Origin: a virus
DNA: 64,000 nucleotides
Strand: one strand, 5' to 3'
IMG/VR virus record: IMGVR_UViG_3300045988_158809
The position numbers and the translations under genes are program-made. Positions 24,684-33,044 of the stretch are shown piece after piece. Position 1 is the stretch's first letter. Every line of letters begins with the position of its first letter. A model generated the notes under the pieces. That model had not been told where the DNA came from, searched no databases, and saw only the letters and a program-made list of their open reading frames with translations.

Positions 24684-25277
24684 ATGAGTAAAAAGAATAT
24701 TTGGTGCCGGATATTAGGTCACAGATACCAGATGGCGCTCGGTGGATATAGATGTGCAAGGTGTGGACATTTCAGGGAAGGGGCATGGGCTAAGATACCA
24801 CCTCCACCCAAACCTCCGAAGCCAGTTGAAAAAAGAACAGATTATGAAGAGCTTTGGAAAAACTCAAGAAGCGTCACGGATATTTTTCAATCCATGCGCC
24901 TGGCATTGTGGGGGATGTCCACTGACACATGCGATGTGATGTATGTCGGCGGGAAATACATCATTCTCGACGAGCCCCCCTCTCTGCTTCCCGAACAGGA
25001 GAAAGTCGCGCAGCTCCGATGGTCACTGGCCCGACTCATTGCGCTCGTTCCGAAATGTATCATTACGCCGCGAGGAACATTTAATGACTATCTGTTCCAC
25101 ATTAGTGGAGATTTTATAGTTTATTCCCATGAGGAGAATGGAGAACACATAAGTAATCTGATATTTGTCCGGTGCAATGGAGATTATGTAAGTGGGATGA
25201 TAAGTATCATAATCTGGCTTATTCAGAAAGGATTTATTGACAAAAAATATTTACGTGAAGATGCAGAAATAAAGTAA
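24684..25277 (+). CDS. hypothetical protein: N-terminal zinc ribbon plus C-terminal paralog-family domain (197 aa)
   Basis: CRILGHRY..CARCGH; the C-terminus MISIIIWLIQKGFIDKKYLRE resembles 34198..34617. Confidence 0.65.
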   Translation: MSKKNIWCRILGHRYQMALGGYRCARCGHFREGAWAKIPPPPKPPKPVEKRTDYEELWKNSRSVTDIFQSMRLALWGMSTDTCDVMYVGGKYIILDEPPSLLPEQEKVAQLRWSLARLIALVPKCIITPRGTFNDYLFHISGDFIVYSHEENGEHISNLIFVRCNGDYVSGMISIIIWLIQKGFIDKKYLREDAEIK

Positions 25278-25302
25278 AATTTTGTTTTCCATGACTTGTT
25301 TC

Positions 25303-25347
25303 AGCACAGCCGAGAGCATTCTATGTTCTCGGCTGTGCTGATTTTTT
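25303..25347 (+). terminator. strong intrinsic terminator (14-bp stem, T6)
   Basis: cagcacagccgaga-loop-tctcggctgtgctg a tttttt. Confidence 0.85.
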
Positions 25348-25477
25348 ATGCAGTTATCATCCGTTTTTACGCTCAAAGTGGTAAAGAATCTTTGTAAAAA
25401 TCTTAAATTTTACTATAATCATTCTATCCCATGCTCAAAAACATAAGAATCTTTACAATATAGCGGTAAATTATAGA

Positions 25478-25485
25478 TAACTTTG
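25478..25485 (+). promoter_or_regulatory. -7 box TAACTTTG
   Basis: Exact TAnnTTTG 75 nt upstream of ATG 25560. Confidence 0.45.
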
Positions 25486-25493
25486 CCAAAAAA

Positions 25494-25516
25494 TTAAAGA
25501 ATCTATCCCATAATGG
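25494..25516 (-). promoter_or_regulatory. module-boundary box (minus strand reads CCATTATGGGATAGATTCTTTAA)
   Basis: Matches 12934-12955 and 49224-49246; partial half-sites at 25379-25392, 25418-25432 and 25446-25455. Confidence 0.55.
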
Positions 25517-25559
25517 TAAAGAAAAGAAATCATTTTGAGCAAAAGAACAGATAGAATTT

Positions 25560-25991
25560 ATGACGGAAGATAAAACAGAATATACAGGGACTTTCGTTGG
25601 TCTTACTGCTAAGATATATGTGGCAAAGGAAGATGGCGAGCTGGTGGAGATTAATACACAGAAAAATCCGATAGCCTTGTCGCCTTATGATGAAACGGAT
25701 AAAGTGGGTCCGACTACTTCCGATAGCGATAGGATTGTCGATGAAGGATGCCGTTCACTAAAAGAGTATTCAATCACGTGCAGCGTTCGCTGTACGGAGA
25801 TCAGGAAGCTTATGAAAATTCTGGGGATAAGTCGCGGAGGGAAACATAAAGTTCTGTCCAGTGCTCCGTATTACCGCCGTTTTGAAGGAGACTTTTTCCG
25901 CGTGATGAAATCCGTCGGCCGTCAGCATACAAAATTCAATAGGAATGTCCGTCCGAAAGGTACGCATTCTCACTTCAGGTTTTACAGATAG
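25560..25991 (+). CDS. hypothetical protein (143 aa)
   Basis: ORF track. Confidence 0.6.
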   Translation: MTEDKTEYTGTFVGLTAKIYVAKEDGELVEINTQKNPIALSPYDETDKVGPTTSDSDRIVDEGCRSLKEYSITCSVRCTEIRKLMKILGISRGGKHKVLSSAPYYRRFEGDFFRVMKSVGRQHTKFNRNVRPKGTHSHFRFYR

Positions 25992-26001
25992 CACTAATTA
26001 T

Positions 26002-26187
26002 ATGGGAAAAGTCAAGAATAAATGTGTTGAATGTGAATTATATTATCGTTTGCGTGTAAATAATCCATATCATAAAACAGCATATTGTGAAGTCGGTTCA
26101 AAATCCGTTAATATGATATCTGATAAATCTATTGCTTGTGAGAATTTTAAGATGAGAAAATCGTTAGAAAGTCGTCTGAAAGAATAA
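26002..26187 (+). CDS. hypothetical Cys-rich protein (61 aa)
   Basis: Internal ATG of ORF 25945..26187 that avoids overlapping the upstream gene. Confidence 0.45.
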   Translation: MGKVKNKCVECELYYRLRVNNPYHKTAYCEVGSKSVNMISDKSIACENFKMRKSLESRLKE

Positions 26188-26199
26188 AATCATGAAAGT

Positions 26200-26472
26200 A
26201 TGAAAAAGAAATCAGATAAAAAAGAAAATGCACAATCGCTGAAGATGAAGATAGATAAGATTGCGCTGGAATACGGTTTCTATAAAGAGTCGAGCAATGC
26301 AGCAAATCTTTCGTCGAATTATCGTGACCCGGTGCTTCCGTTGCTAATTATATTCTATGCTACGACATGTACCATCGGGATAAGTTACTGTAAGCAACCT
26401 TTCAAATGGCATAAAGAATTAAAGGAGGAAAAGATAAAAGATGTGTTTGCTAATCCTTTGAATTATGTTTGA
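26200..26472 (+). CDS. hypothetical protein (90 aa)
   Basis: ORF track. Confidence 0.5.
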   Translation: MKKKSDKKENAQSLKMKIDKIALEYGFYKESSNAANLSSNYRDPVLPLLIIFYATTCTIGISYCKQPFKWHKELKEEKIKDVFANPLNYV

Positions 26473-26505
26473 TATAATCCTAATTATGTTTAATCAGCTT
26501 TGAAA

Positions 26506-27012
26506 ATGGATAATTCTAAAGTAAAACAGCGAAAGAAAGTATGTACCAAATGCGGCAGGAAGTTATGGCTTCGTGACTTTTACCGGCGCATTGACGGAAC
26601 GCTTGCTTCTGAATGCAAGGATTGTTACAGGGCGTACAAGCGTGAATATTACCGGCAGAACTTGAAGGTGGAAGACGGCACTTTCTATCATAAATCGTAT
26701 GGCAGGATAATGGTACACAATGGACTTTCCACACGCATATTTTGGTCTCCTTCAATGATAAGCTACCTGCAAAAGCATTTCCCTACAACAAAGAATAAGG
26801 AACTGGCAGAAGAATTAGGAGTTTCTCCACGCACCATGATACGCAAGGCCCGTGAGATGGGTTTACAGAAAAACCCGCAATGGATTCAAGGTGTATGGGA
26901 CGAACACAGGTTAATGGCACAGGCAGAGAACAAGCGAAAAGGTTATCCCGGAGCATTCAAACCTGGAAATGAGATAGGAAAAGAATACAGGTTTAAGAAA
27001 AAAGTCGTATAG
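26506..27012 (+). CDS. zinc-ribbon + HTH DNA-binding protein (168 aa), paralog of 27016..27513
   Basis: CTKCG..C.DC then TKNKELAEELGVSPRTMIRKAREMGL; first ATG of the TTG-started track ORF. Confidence 0.6.
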   Translation: MDNSKVKQRKKVCTKCGRKLWLRDFYRRIDGTLASECKDCYRAYKREYYRQNLKVEDGTFYHKSYGRIMVHNGLSTRIFWSPSMISYLQKHFPTTKNKELAEELGVSPRTMIRKAREMGLQKNPQWIQGVWDEHRLMAQAENKRKGYPGAFKPGNEIGKEYRFKKKVV

Positions 27013-27015
27013 AAT

Positions 27016-27513
27016 ATGAATTTAACCAGACCTTACAAGACCTGCCGCGTATGCGGATGCACCAAGCCGAAAGAGGATTTCGTGGAAGGAAGGAAAGTAT
27101 GTCTCTCTTGCTTCTCCGAATACAATAAGCAGCTCTACAGAAAAAGACATGCAGACCGTTCGGATGGAGTAAGATACAGCAAGGAATCCCGACAGATAGT
27201 GGAATACCGTAACGGGCTACAGCGGAAATACTGGAATCCGCAGATGATAGCCGATTTCAGGAAATTGTTTCCCGTCACTACGAATGAAGAGCTTGCTTCT
27301 TTGTTCTGTGTGTCGAAAAGAACAATCAACCGTAAGGCTACGGAACTGGGGTTGAGAAAAGATGCGGAGTGGATGCGGAAGATGAGTCGTCACAACCTGT
27401 TTTTCGCATCGGTGAAGAATCGCTTAAACGGTTATTCACAACTGGTAAAGGCCCGTAAGGCACTGGAAATAAAGTATAACAATCCGAATTTTACAAGAAT
27501 AGACAGAGTATGA
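27016..27513 (+). CDS. zinc-ribbon + HTH DNA-binding protein (165 aa), paralog of 26506..27012
   Basis: CRVCG..CLSC then TTNEELASLFCVSKRTINRKATELGL. Confidence 0.6.
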   Translation: MNLTRPYKTCRVCGCTKPKEDFVEGRKVCLSCFSEYNKQLYRKRHADRSDGVRYSKESRQIVEYRNGLQRKYWNPQMIADFRKLFPVTTNEELASLFCVSKRTINRKATELGLRKDAEWMRKMSRHNLFFASVKNRLNGYSQLVKARKALEIKYNNPNFTRIDRV

Positions 27514-28292
27514 ATATAGAACTGAATACAATATATAACGAGGACTGTATGGAAGGTATGAAGCGTATTCCTGACGGATCGGTGGATTGCATTATTTGTG
27601 ATTTGCCGTATGGAGTATTGAATAGAGGAAATGAACATGCGCAGTGGGACTGTCCTTTACCTATGGATCAACTTTGGGCTGAATATAAAAGAGTAACAAA
27701 GGACAATGCAGCTATAATTCTTTTTGCTCAAGGAATGTTTACTGCAGATTTAATGGTTAGCAACAGGAACATGTGGAGATATAATCTGATATGGGATAAA
27801 ATGGGTAAAACGGGATTTTTGAACGCCAACAGAATGCCTCTCCGACAGCATGAAGATATATGTGTATTCTATAATTCTTTGCCGGTGTATAATCCACAAA
27901 TGGAGAAATGTGAATTGCATAAAAGAAATCATGGACGTGGAAATCTTAAATCGCCTGTAACAAATAGTTGTTATGGTAAACATATAGAAGTAAAAACTAT
28001 CGAAAGTGATGAAAAATTCCCTACTTCTATTATAAGTATATCAAAGGAACATAAAATAGGGCATTTTTTTCACCCCACCCAGAAACCCGTTTCCCTCCTG
28101 AAATACCTCGTCCTCACCTACTCTAACAAAGGCGACACAATTCTTGACAACTGTATTGGAAGTGGCACAACAGCCTTAGCTTGCATAGATACTGGGCGCA
28201 ACTTCATCGGATTCGAGAAAGAAAAGAAATATTTCGACATAGCCATGAAGCGTATCGCTCAAATGAGACAACAACCAAAACTTGATTTTTAA
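27510..28292 (+). CDS. DNA methyltransferase, beta-class N6-adenine/N4-cytosine type (260 aa)
   Basis: Motif IV SVDCIICDLPYG precedes the PTQKP and DNCIGSGTT (motif I) segments, the order typical of the N6_N4_Mtase family. Confidence 0.85.
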   Translation: MNIELNTIYNEDCMEGMKRIPDGSVDCIICDLPYGVLNRGNEHAQWDCPLPMDQLWAEYKRVTKDNAAIILFAQGMFTADLMVSNRNMWRYNLIWDKMGKTGFLNANRMPLRQHEDICVFYNSLPVYNPQMEKCELHKRNHGRGNLKSPVTNSCYGKHIEVKTIESDEKFPTSIISISKEHKIGHFFHPTQKPVSLLKYLVLTYSNKGDTILDNCIGSGTTALACIDTGRNFIGFEKEKKYFDIAMKRIAQMRQQPKLDF

Positions 28293-28312
28293 TAAAAACC
28301 AAAACATACAAA

Positions 28313-29077
28313 ATGGAAAAGAAACAGACCGTTTATTTCCGGTTCCCTGCAGGAAGTGAGGGAGCGGAAAGCATGAAAAAACTCGTGGAAGCAATTACAA
28401 CTTGTGAAGATAAGGCCGAAGAGCTGGCCCTGGAAATGGGAGTCACTGAATACTACCATGACAGCACGGCGGAATTCGGGGGCATTGGACTGATGAGCTT
28501 CGAACGCAAGCCGAAGTCGTCCGTTTTCAAGCAGGTGGATGTGATCAGCCATAAGGAGGGCGAATCGAAGTGTCAACTCGACAAGCTGTATCAGCTCAAC
28601 GTGGACAGCGTAGATCTGGTGATGACCGAAGAAGAAACAGAAAAGCATCTGGGCCTTACGAATGTGCTTATCAGCTCCCAGCACTACACATGGTTGGAGA
28701 TAAAGCACCGTCTTACCATTTCATCGGCTGCGCAGATGTGCGGTTACAAGCTGACCGGCGATAAGGAGCGCGACGACGAATATATCACCATGCAACTTGG
28801 AGGAAAGAAGTTCCGCATCGTGACTGTGCTGAAATCAAAGAGCCAGCAGGCAATAGAATGGTACAAGGCCGTGAACCGCCTCCCCACTCTCCCACCCTTC
28901 ACCAGCAACCAATATGCCGGTGTACCCGTGGAAGGACGGCAGCCCGTGTATTTCTTCTTCAACATAGCGGGCGATTTCTTCTGCAAGGCTCCGGCGTACA
29001 GCAGCTTTTCGCACGAGATACTGACGGAATCGGCCTTCACGAGCATTTATGAAGGACTTAATACGAATAGAACATGA
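28313..29077 (+). CDS. hypothetical protein (254 aa)
   Basis: ORF track. Confidence 0.7.
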   Translation: MEKKQTVYFRFPAGSEGAESMKKLVEAITTCEDKAEELALEMGVTEYYHDSTAEFGGIGLMSFERKPKSSVFKQVDVISHKEGESKCQLDKLYQLNVDSVDLVMTEEETEKHLGLTNVLISSQHYTWLEIKHRLTISSAAQMCGYKLTGDKERDDEYITMQLGGKKFRIVTVLKSKSQQAIEWYKAVNRLPTLPPFTSNQYAGVPVEGRQPVYFFFNIAGDFFCKAPAYSSFSHEILTESAFTSIYEGLNTNRT

Positions 29078-29182
29078 GACTACACATTGAAAAATCGGCG
29101 GGACTGTACCTCATTCCTTTCTACATAAGGCGGGGCGGTCCGGGTTATCGTGAAAAAATCATTTATTTTTTGAAGTGGCGAA

Positions 29183-29620
29183 TTGCCGTTATTTGGAACA
29201 AGAAAGATGGACGCTAAGGAATTGAAACAGGTTTTGGAGCAGGACTTGTCGGTGCTTTCACCTCGTGAGAGAGCATACGCGCTGGCAGAAAAAATCAAAG
29301 TGTATCGTGAATATGGTATGAGAAACGTGGCGAAGGAAAAGGAGACCGACGTGGAGAAGGCTTTGCGCATGACACGCAATGTTTCCTTCCTCACCACGAA
29401 GGAAGAAAAGGAAATGTATGCGGGCGCTTTGCTGGCCGCAATCCGCTGGGGGCATAAGATTGACCGGATAAACAAGGCTTCGCAGAAGTCGGTAATTGAG
29501 CAGGCCGGTGGACAGAAGCCGGAGAAAAAAGCGGAGACGCAGGAAGAGCGAAGAGAACGCATACGCAAGAATTTTGAGAGATCTGTGAAACTACAAGATT
29601 TTTATAGGAGATATAATTAA
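29183..29620 (+). CDS. hypothetical protein (145 aa)
   Basis: ORF track; Lys/Glu-rich. Confidence 0.6.
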   Translation: MPLFGTRKMDAKELKQVLEQDLSVLSPRERAYALAEKIKVYREYGMRNVAKEKETDVEKALRMTRNVSFLTTKEEKEMYAGALLAAIRWGHKIDRINKASQKSVIEQAGGQKPEKKAETQEERRERIRKNFERSVKLQDFYRRYN

Positions 29621-30165
29621 TGTACAGATTAGACAATCTAATAGAACAGTGGGCGACGGAGTTCAAGCTTGTCTCCCACAATCCCGAAGGCGGTGCAGAC
29701 GGCAAACGGTTTTTCCGCATCGACTCCATATCGGACCTGAAACCCGTTATTCTGAGTCTGACGAAAATCAAGACTCCCGTAGTGGCATACAGCACGCAGA
29801 TAGAAGGCTCGTCCAACGAGGGCGGAAACGGAACGTACTATCTGGCGAACATCTACATACTCGTTCCGCAGGAGAAAACCACAGCCCCCTACCGTGAGGA
29901 CTTGAACGCGGCAAACGCCAAATATCTGGCAGTGGAGATAGCGGAAAAGCTGAAGGCATGGCTCATGGAGAAGAAGAAGAACGAAAAGCAATACCCGGAA
30001 CTGAGAGGTCTAAACCTGAAAACGGCAGCTATGGGATCATTCCCCAAACATTTCAACAACTGGTGGCCGCTCCATATCCAAATGGATTATCTGAACGCCG
30101 ATTACGTGTGCGTAAATCCCGAAGACTATCACCAGGACGAAGCCGGGGAGGGCGCACAGTCATGA
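29620..30165 (+). CDS. hypothetical protein, paralog of the tail-module gene 58183..58689 (181 aa)
   Basis: N-termini nearly identical: DNLIEQWATEFKLVSHNPEGGADGKRFFRID vs DNLLEKWATTFKAISHNPEGGAAGKRFFRID; shared C-terminal CVNPEDY. Confidence 0.7.
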   Translation: MYRLDNLIEQWATEFKLVSHNPEGGADGKRFFRIDSISDLKPVILSLTKIKTPVVAYSTQIEGSSNEGGNGTYYLANIYILVPQEKTTAPYREDLNAANAKYLAVEIAEKLKAWLMEKKKNEKQYPELRGLNLKTAAMGSFPKHFNNWWPLHIQMDYLNADYVCVNPEDYHQDEAGEGAQS

Positions 30166-30650
30166 AACGTCTGCCTCTTATAGTAGCCGCCTCCCTCCTC
30201 TGTGCTACCCTCTTCTTCGGATGCCGCACACAGCAGACCGGCACCACACGCATCATCACCCTTCGCGGCGACACTGTGATACGCAACCGTGTGGTACCCG
30301 TGGTATCGCCGGCAGACTCGGCCAGGATAAAAGCCCTCATGCGGTGCGACGAGAACGGACGTGTCCTCCTTGACTGGTACGAGCAGGAATGCAGCAAGAA
30401 CGCGCGTCTGAAGTTCAAACTCGATTCGCTTGGCAAGCTGATGATAGACTTCGACGTTCTCCGCGATACGGTGTACATTCCCGTGGCAGACACAACCGTG
30501 AACCGCAGCAGCAGCGTGGAAGAAGTCAATACGGTGGAAGTGGAGCGAAAAATGCGCTGGTGGGAGAAATATCTTATAGGAGTCGGGATATTGGCGCATG
30601 GTGTGTTAATCGGCTTCGGAATCTTTAAACTAAGGAAATTGTGGATTTGA
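30162..30650 (+). CDS. lipoprotein with C-terminal transmembrane helix (162 aa); unimolecular-spanin-like architecture
   Basis: MKRLPLIVAASLLCATLFFGC lipobox; C-terminal YLIGVGILAHGVLIGFGIF; the ORF-track start 29958 overlaps the upstream gene. Confidence 0.55.
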   Translation: MKRLPLIVAASLLCATLFFGCRTQQTGTTRIITLRGDTVIRNRVVPVVSPADSARIKALMRCDENGRVLLDWYEQECSKNARLKFKLDSLGKLMIDFDVLRDTVYIPVADTTVNRSSSVEEVNTVEVERKMRWWEKYLIGVGILAHGVLIGFGIFKLRKLWI

Positions 30651-30967
30651 TGAAAAAGACGAAAGTATATATCAGTCTGCCTATCTCAGGGCACGACATC
30701 GAGCAGGTGAAGAAACGCGCGGAGGAAGTGAAGCTGCGAATAGAGAACGACAGAGTGGAAGCCATTACCCCCTTCGACGTGTGCGACGAGAAAGACCGTC
30801 CATACTCCTACTACATGGGGCGCGACATCGAAGCCCTGATAGAGTGCGACGGCATCTATGTGTGCAACGGTTGGCACTCGTCGAAAGGCTGTCAGGCGGA
30901 AGTCCATGTAGCTGTGGTGTACGACAAGAAAATGGTGTTTGAGAGTAAAAGTAAGGTGTTTGTATGA
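30650..30967 (+). CDS. DUF4406-like / nucleoside 2-deoxyribosyltransferase-like protein (105 aa)
   Basis: VYISLPISG ... DIEALIECDGIYVCNGWHSSKGCQAEVHVA matches the pattern recalled for this family; TGATG overlap with the upstream stop. Confidence 0.5.
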   Translation: MKKTKVYISLPISGHDIEQVKKRAEEVKLRIENDRVEAITPFDVCDEKDRPYSYYMGRDIEALIECDGIYVCNGWHSSKGCQAEVHVAVVYDKKMVFESKSKVFV

Positions 30968-31887
30968 AAATAGGTTTGCTTTCGGTTGACAGCAGTTATC
31001 CCAACCTCGCGCTTATGAAGATTTCCGCATATCATAAACAACGCGGCGATGAAGTGGAATGGTACTCTCCTTTCGAGCATTACGATAAGGTTTATGCAGC
31101 AAAGGTATTCAGTTTCACTCCCGATTACGGATATTACATCAATGCTGACGAGGTGGAGCGTGGCGGAACAGGCTACGACATACAGAAATGTCTGCCAAAG
31201 GAAATTGAAACCGTGCAGCCGGACTACAGCATATGTGGCTCGATAGAAAAGAATGTGGCATACGGATTTCTCACCCGCGGCTGTCCGAACCGCTGTAAAT
31301 GGTGCGTCGTTCCTAAGAAAGAAGGTAAGATAGCTCCTTATATGGACGTGGAAGAAATAGCTATTGACGGCCGGAACAATCTTATTCTCATGGATAACAA
31401 CGTGCTGGCAAGCGATTACGGTATCAGTCAGATAGAAAAGATAGTGAAGCTGAAATATCGGGTAGATTTCAATCAGGGACTTGATGCCCGTCTGGTCACT
31501 CCCGAAATAGCCAAACTCCTTTCAAAGGTGAAATGGATAAAGCGAATCCGTTTCGGTTGCGACACTCTCGGACAGATAGACGATTGTGAAAAAGCCATAT
31601 CACTCCTGGAGAGAAACGGTTACAAAGGTGAATACTTTTTCTACTGCATTCTTCTGGACGATTTCGACGAAGCTTTCCGGCGCGTAAACCACTGGAAGCA
31701 GAGAGGCGGACGGTTCTATCCGCATTGCCAGCCATACCGCGACGTGAACAATCCTCACCAGATGATACCGCAATGGCAAAAGGATATGGCAAGCTGGGCA
31801 GACAAGAAGTGGATATTCAAGTCGTGCGAGTTTAAGGACTATGAGCCACGAAAAGGATTTAAGTGTAGTGCGTATTTTGAAAAGTAA
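30964..31887 (+). CDS. radical SAM enzyme (307 aa)
   Basis: GCPNRCKWC is a CxxxCxxC cluster motif in the usual position; ATGA overlap with the upstream gene. Confidence 0.7.
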   Translation: MKIGLLSVDSSYPNLALMKISAYHKQRGDEVEWYSPFEHYDKVYAAKVFSFTPDYGYYINADEVERGGTGYDIQKCLPKEIETVQPDYSICGSIEKNVAYGFLTRGCPNRCKWCVVPKKEGKIAPYMDVEEIAIDGRNNLILMDNNVLASDYGISQIEKIVKLKYRVDFNQGLDARLVTPEIAKLLSKVKWIKRIRFGCDTLGQIDDCEKAISLLERNGYKGEYFFYCILLDDFDEAFRRVNHWKQRGGRFYPHCQPYRDVNNPHQMIPQWQKDMASWADKKWIFKSCEFKDYEPRKGFKCSAYFEK

Positions 31888-32087
31888 GCTTTTATAAACT
31901 ACAACTCCCCCCACCCTGATTGCAGGACTTGAACTCCTCGGTTTCCGTCGCAGCCTGATAGACGATTTCAAGGGAGAGATTACAGTGATAACCGACGGAG
32001 TTATCACTACAGCAGATAGAGATTTCCTGAAAAGGAATCCTGAATATGTGGAATTTTATCCGACGCAGGAATTAGATACAGTAAATC

Positions 32088-32624
32088 ATGAGAACAAATG
32101 AAATCAGAAAAGCGGTGTTTCGCATTATCGAGAAATATACCGATATAAAAATAAAATCGGGCACCTTACTACGCGATGATGCCGGACTTGACAGCATGGA
32201 GCAGTTGGAAATATGCAATGATATAGAATCCGAGTTTAATTTAATCATTGAAGACAGTGAACTGTTTACCCCGAAAGTGGAGAATGCCACAGCAGGAGAA
32301 ATCGTGGAAATGGTAATAGAGAAACTGAAAGAACAGGACGCGCAGCAGAAGGAAGCACCTGAAGAAGAAACGGAGGAGCAGACGGAAGAAACATCCGATA
32401 AAAATAATGAAACAGATACATCCGGTTTAAGACGTAGGCTCGCCTTAATGATAAACGCCCGTTCTATCCTGTATTTTAATAATATGATTACAGAATCAGA
32501 GAACGACCGCATACACTCAAAGATAATGCAGTTTGCCGAAAAGAGTAAAATTCAAATATCGCGTGCGCAAATAGATTCAGTGAATTTTACATACGACGAT
32601 AATGCTAAAGACGAGGAGGAATAA
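32088..32624 (+). CDS. acyl-carrier-protein (PP-binding) domain fused through an acidic linker to a ~65-aa domain (178 aa)
   Basis: DAGLDSMEQLEICNDIESEFNLIIEDSEL carries the DSL/DSM phosphopantetheine-Ser motif; the C-terminal domain is paralogous to 33037..33279. Confidence 0.6.
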   Translation: MRTNEIRKAVFRIIEKYTDIKIKSGTLLRDDAGLDSMEQLEICNDIESEFNLIIEDSELFTPKVENATAGEIVEMVIEKLKEQDAQQKEAPEEETEEQTEETSDKNNETDTSGLRRRLALMINARSILYFNNMITESENDRIHSKIMQFAEKSKIQISRAQIDSVNFTYDDNAKDEEE

Positions 32625-32627
32625 ATT

Positions 32628-33044
32628 ATGTTTACACAATCATGTTTTATAAGGAAAAACTCTCCGGAGATTAGAGAAAAGCTTAAAGAGCTTGGATATC
32701 ATGTGTACGATTTAGACATGAATAAGGATTCTCCGGCAGATTGGTGTACGGTTATTGAATCTGAAGCTGATTATGTAGGTATATGGTGTAAAGAACCTGC
32801 TAACAAAGAAAAGTTCCTTGATTGCGGAACTAATGAAGAGTTATTTCTTGCACTTGCAGCACTCAGGGATGATACCGATGCTTACCAGTGGTTTGTAAAC
32901 GAAATCGGGAATGTTTGGTGGAGAACAGAGTTTGATTCTTTCCTGGAATGTTTCATTGAATCAAACGAAGATAGCGAATTAAAGTATGAAGATTTTCATA
33001 AAGCAACACCTGAAGAACTTATCAAACATTTCAAACATGGATAA
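32628..33044 (+). CDS. hypothetical protein (138 aa)
   Basis: ORF track; GAGGAGG upstream; ends in KHFKHG. Confidence 0.65.
   Translation: MFTQSCFIRKNSPEIREKLKELGYHVYDLDMNKDSPADWCTVIESEADYVGIWCKEPANKEKFLDCGTNEELFLALAALRDDTDAYQWFVNEIGNVWWRTEFDSFLECFIESNEDSELKYEDFHKATPEELIKHFKHG

Noticed and set aside
29958-30161. N-terminal extensions given by the ORF track (29958 for the lipoprotein; likewise 2357, 2728, 23243, 25945, 34093, 42227, 52531, 58664 and 9562)
   Set aside because: Each extension overlaps the preceding gene or crosses a promoter or leader element. Internal ATGs give sensible N-termini (signal peptides, paralog alignments) and typical ATGA/TGATG coupling.
31940-32100. About 60-codon TTG-initiated frame in the 200-bp gap before the ACP-fusion gene
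   Set aside because: It has no ATG or GTG start at its 5' end and no promoter or SD context, and it overlaps the ATG of 32088. I cannot distinguish it from chance.
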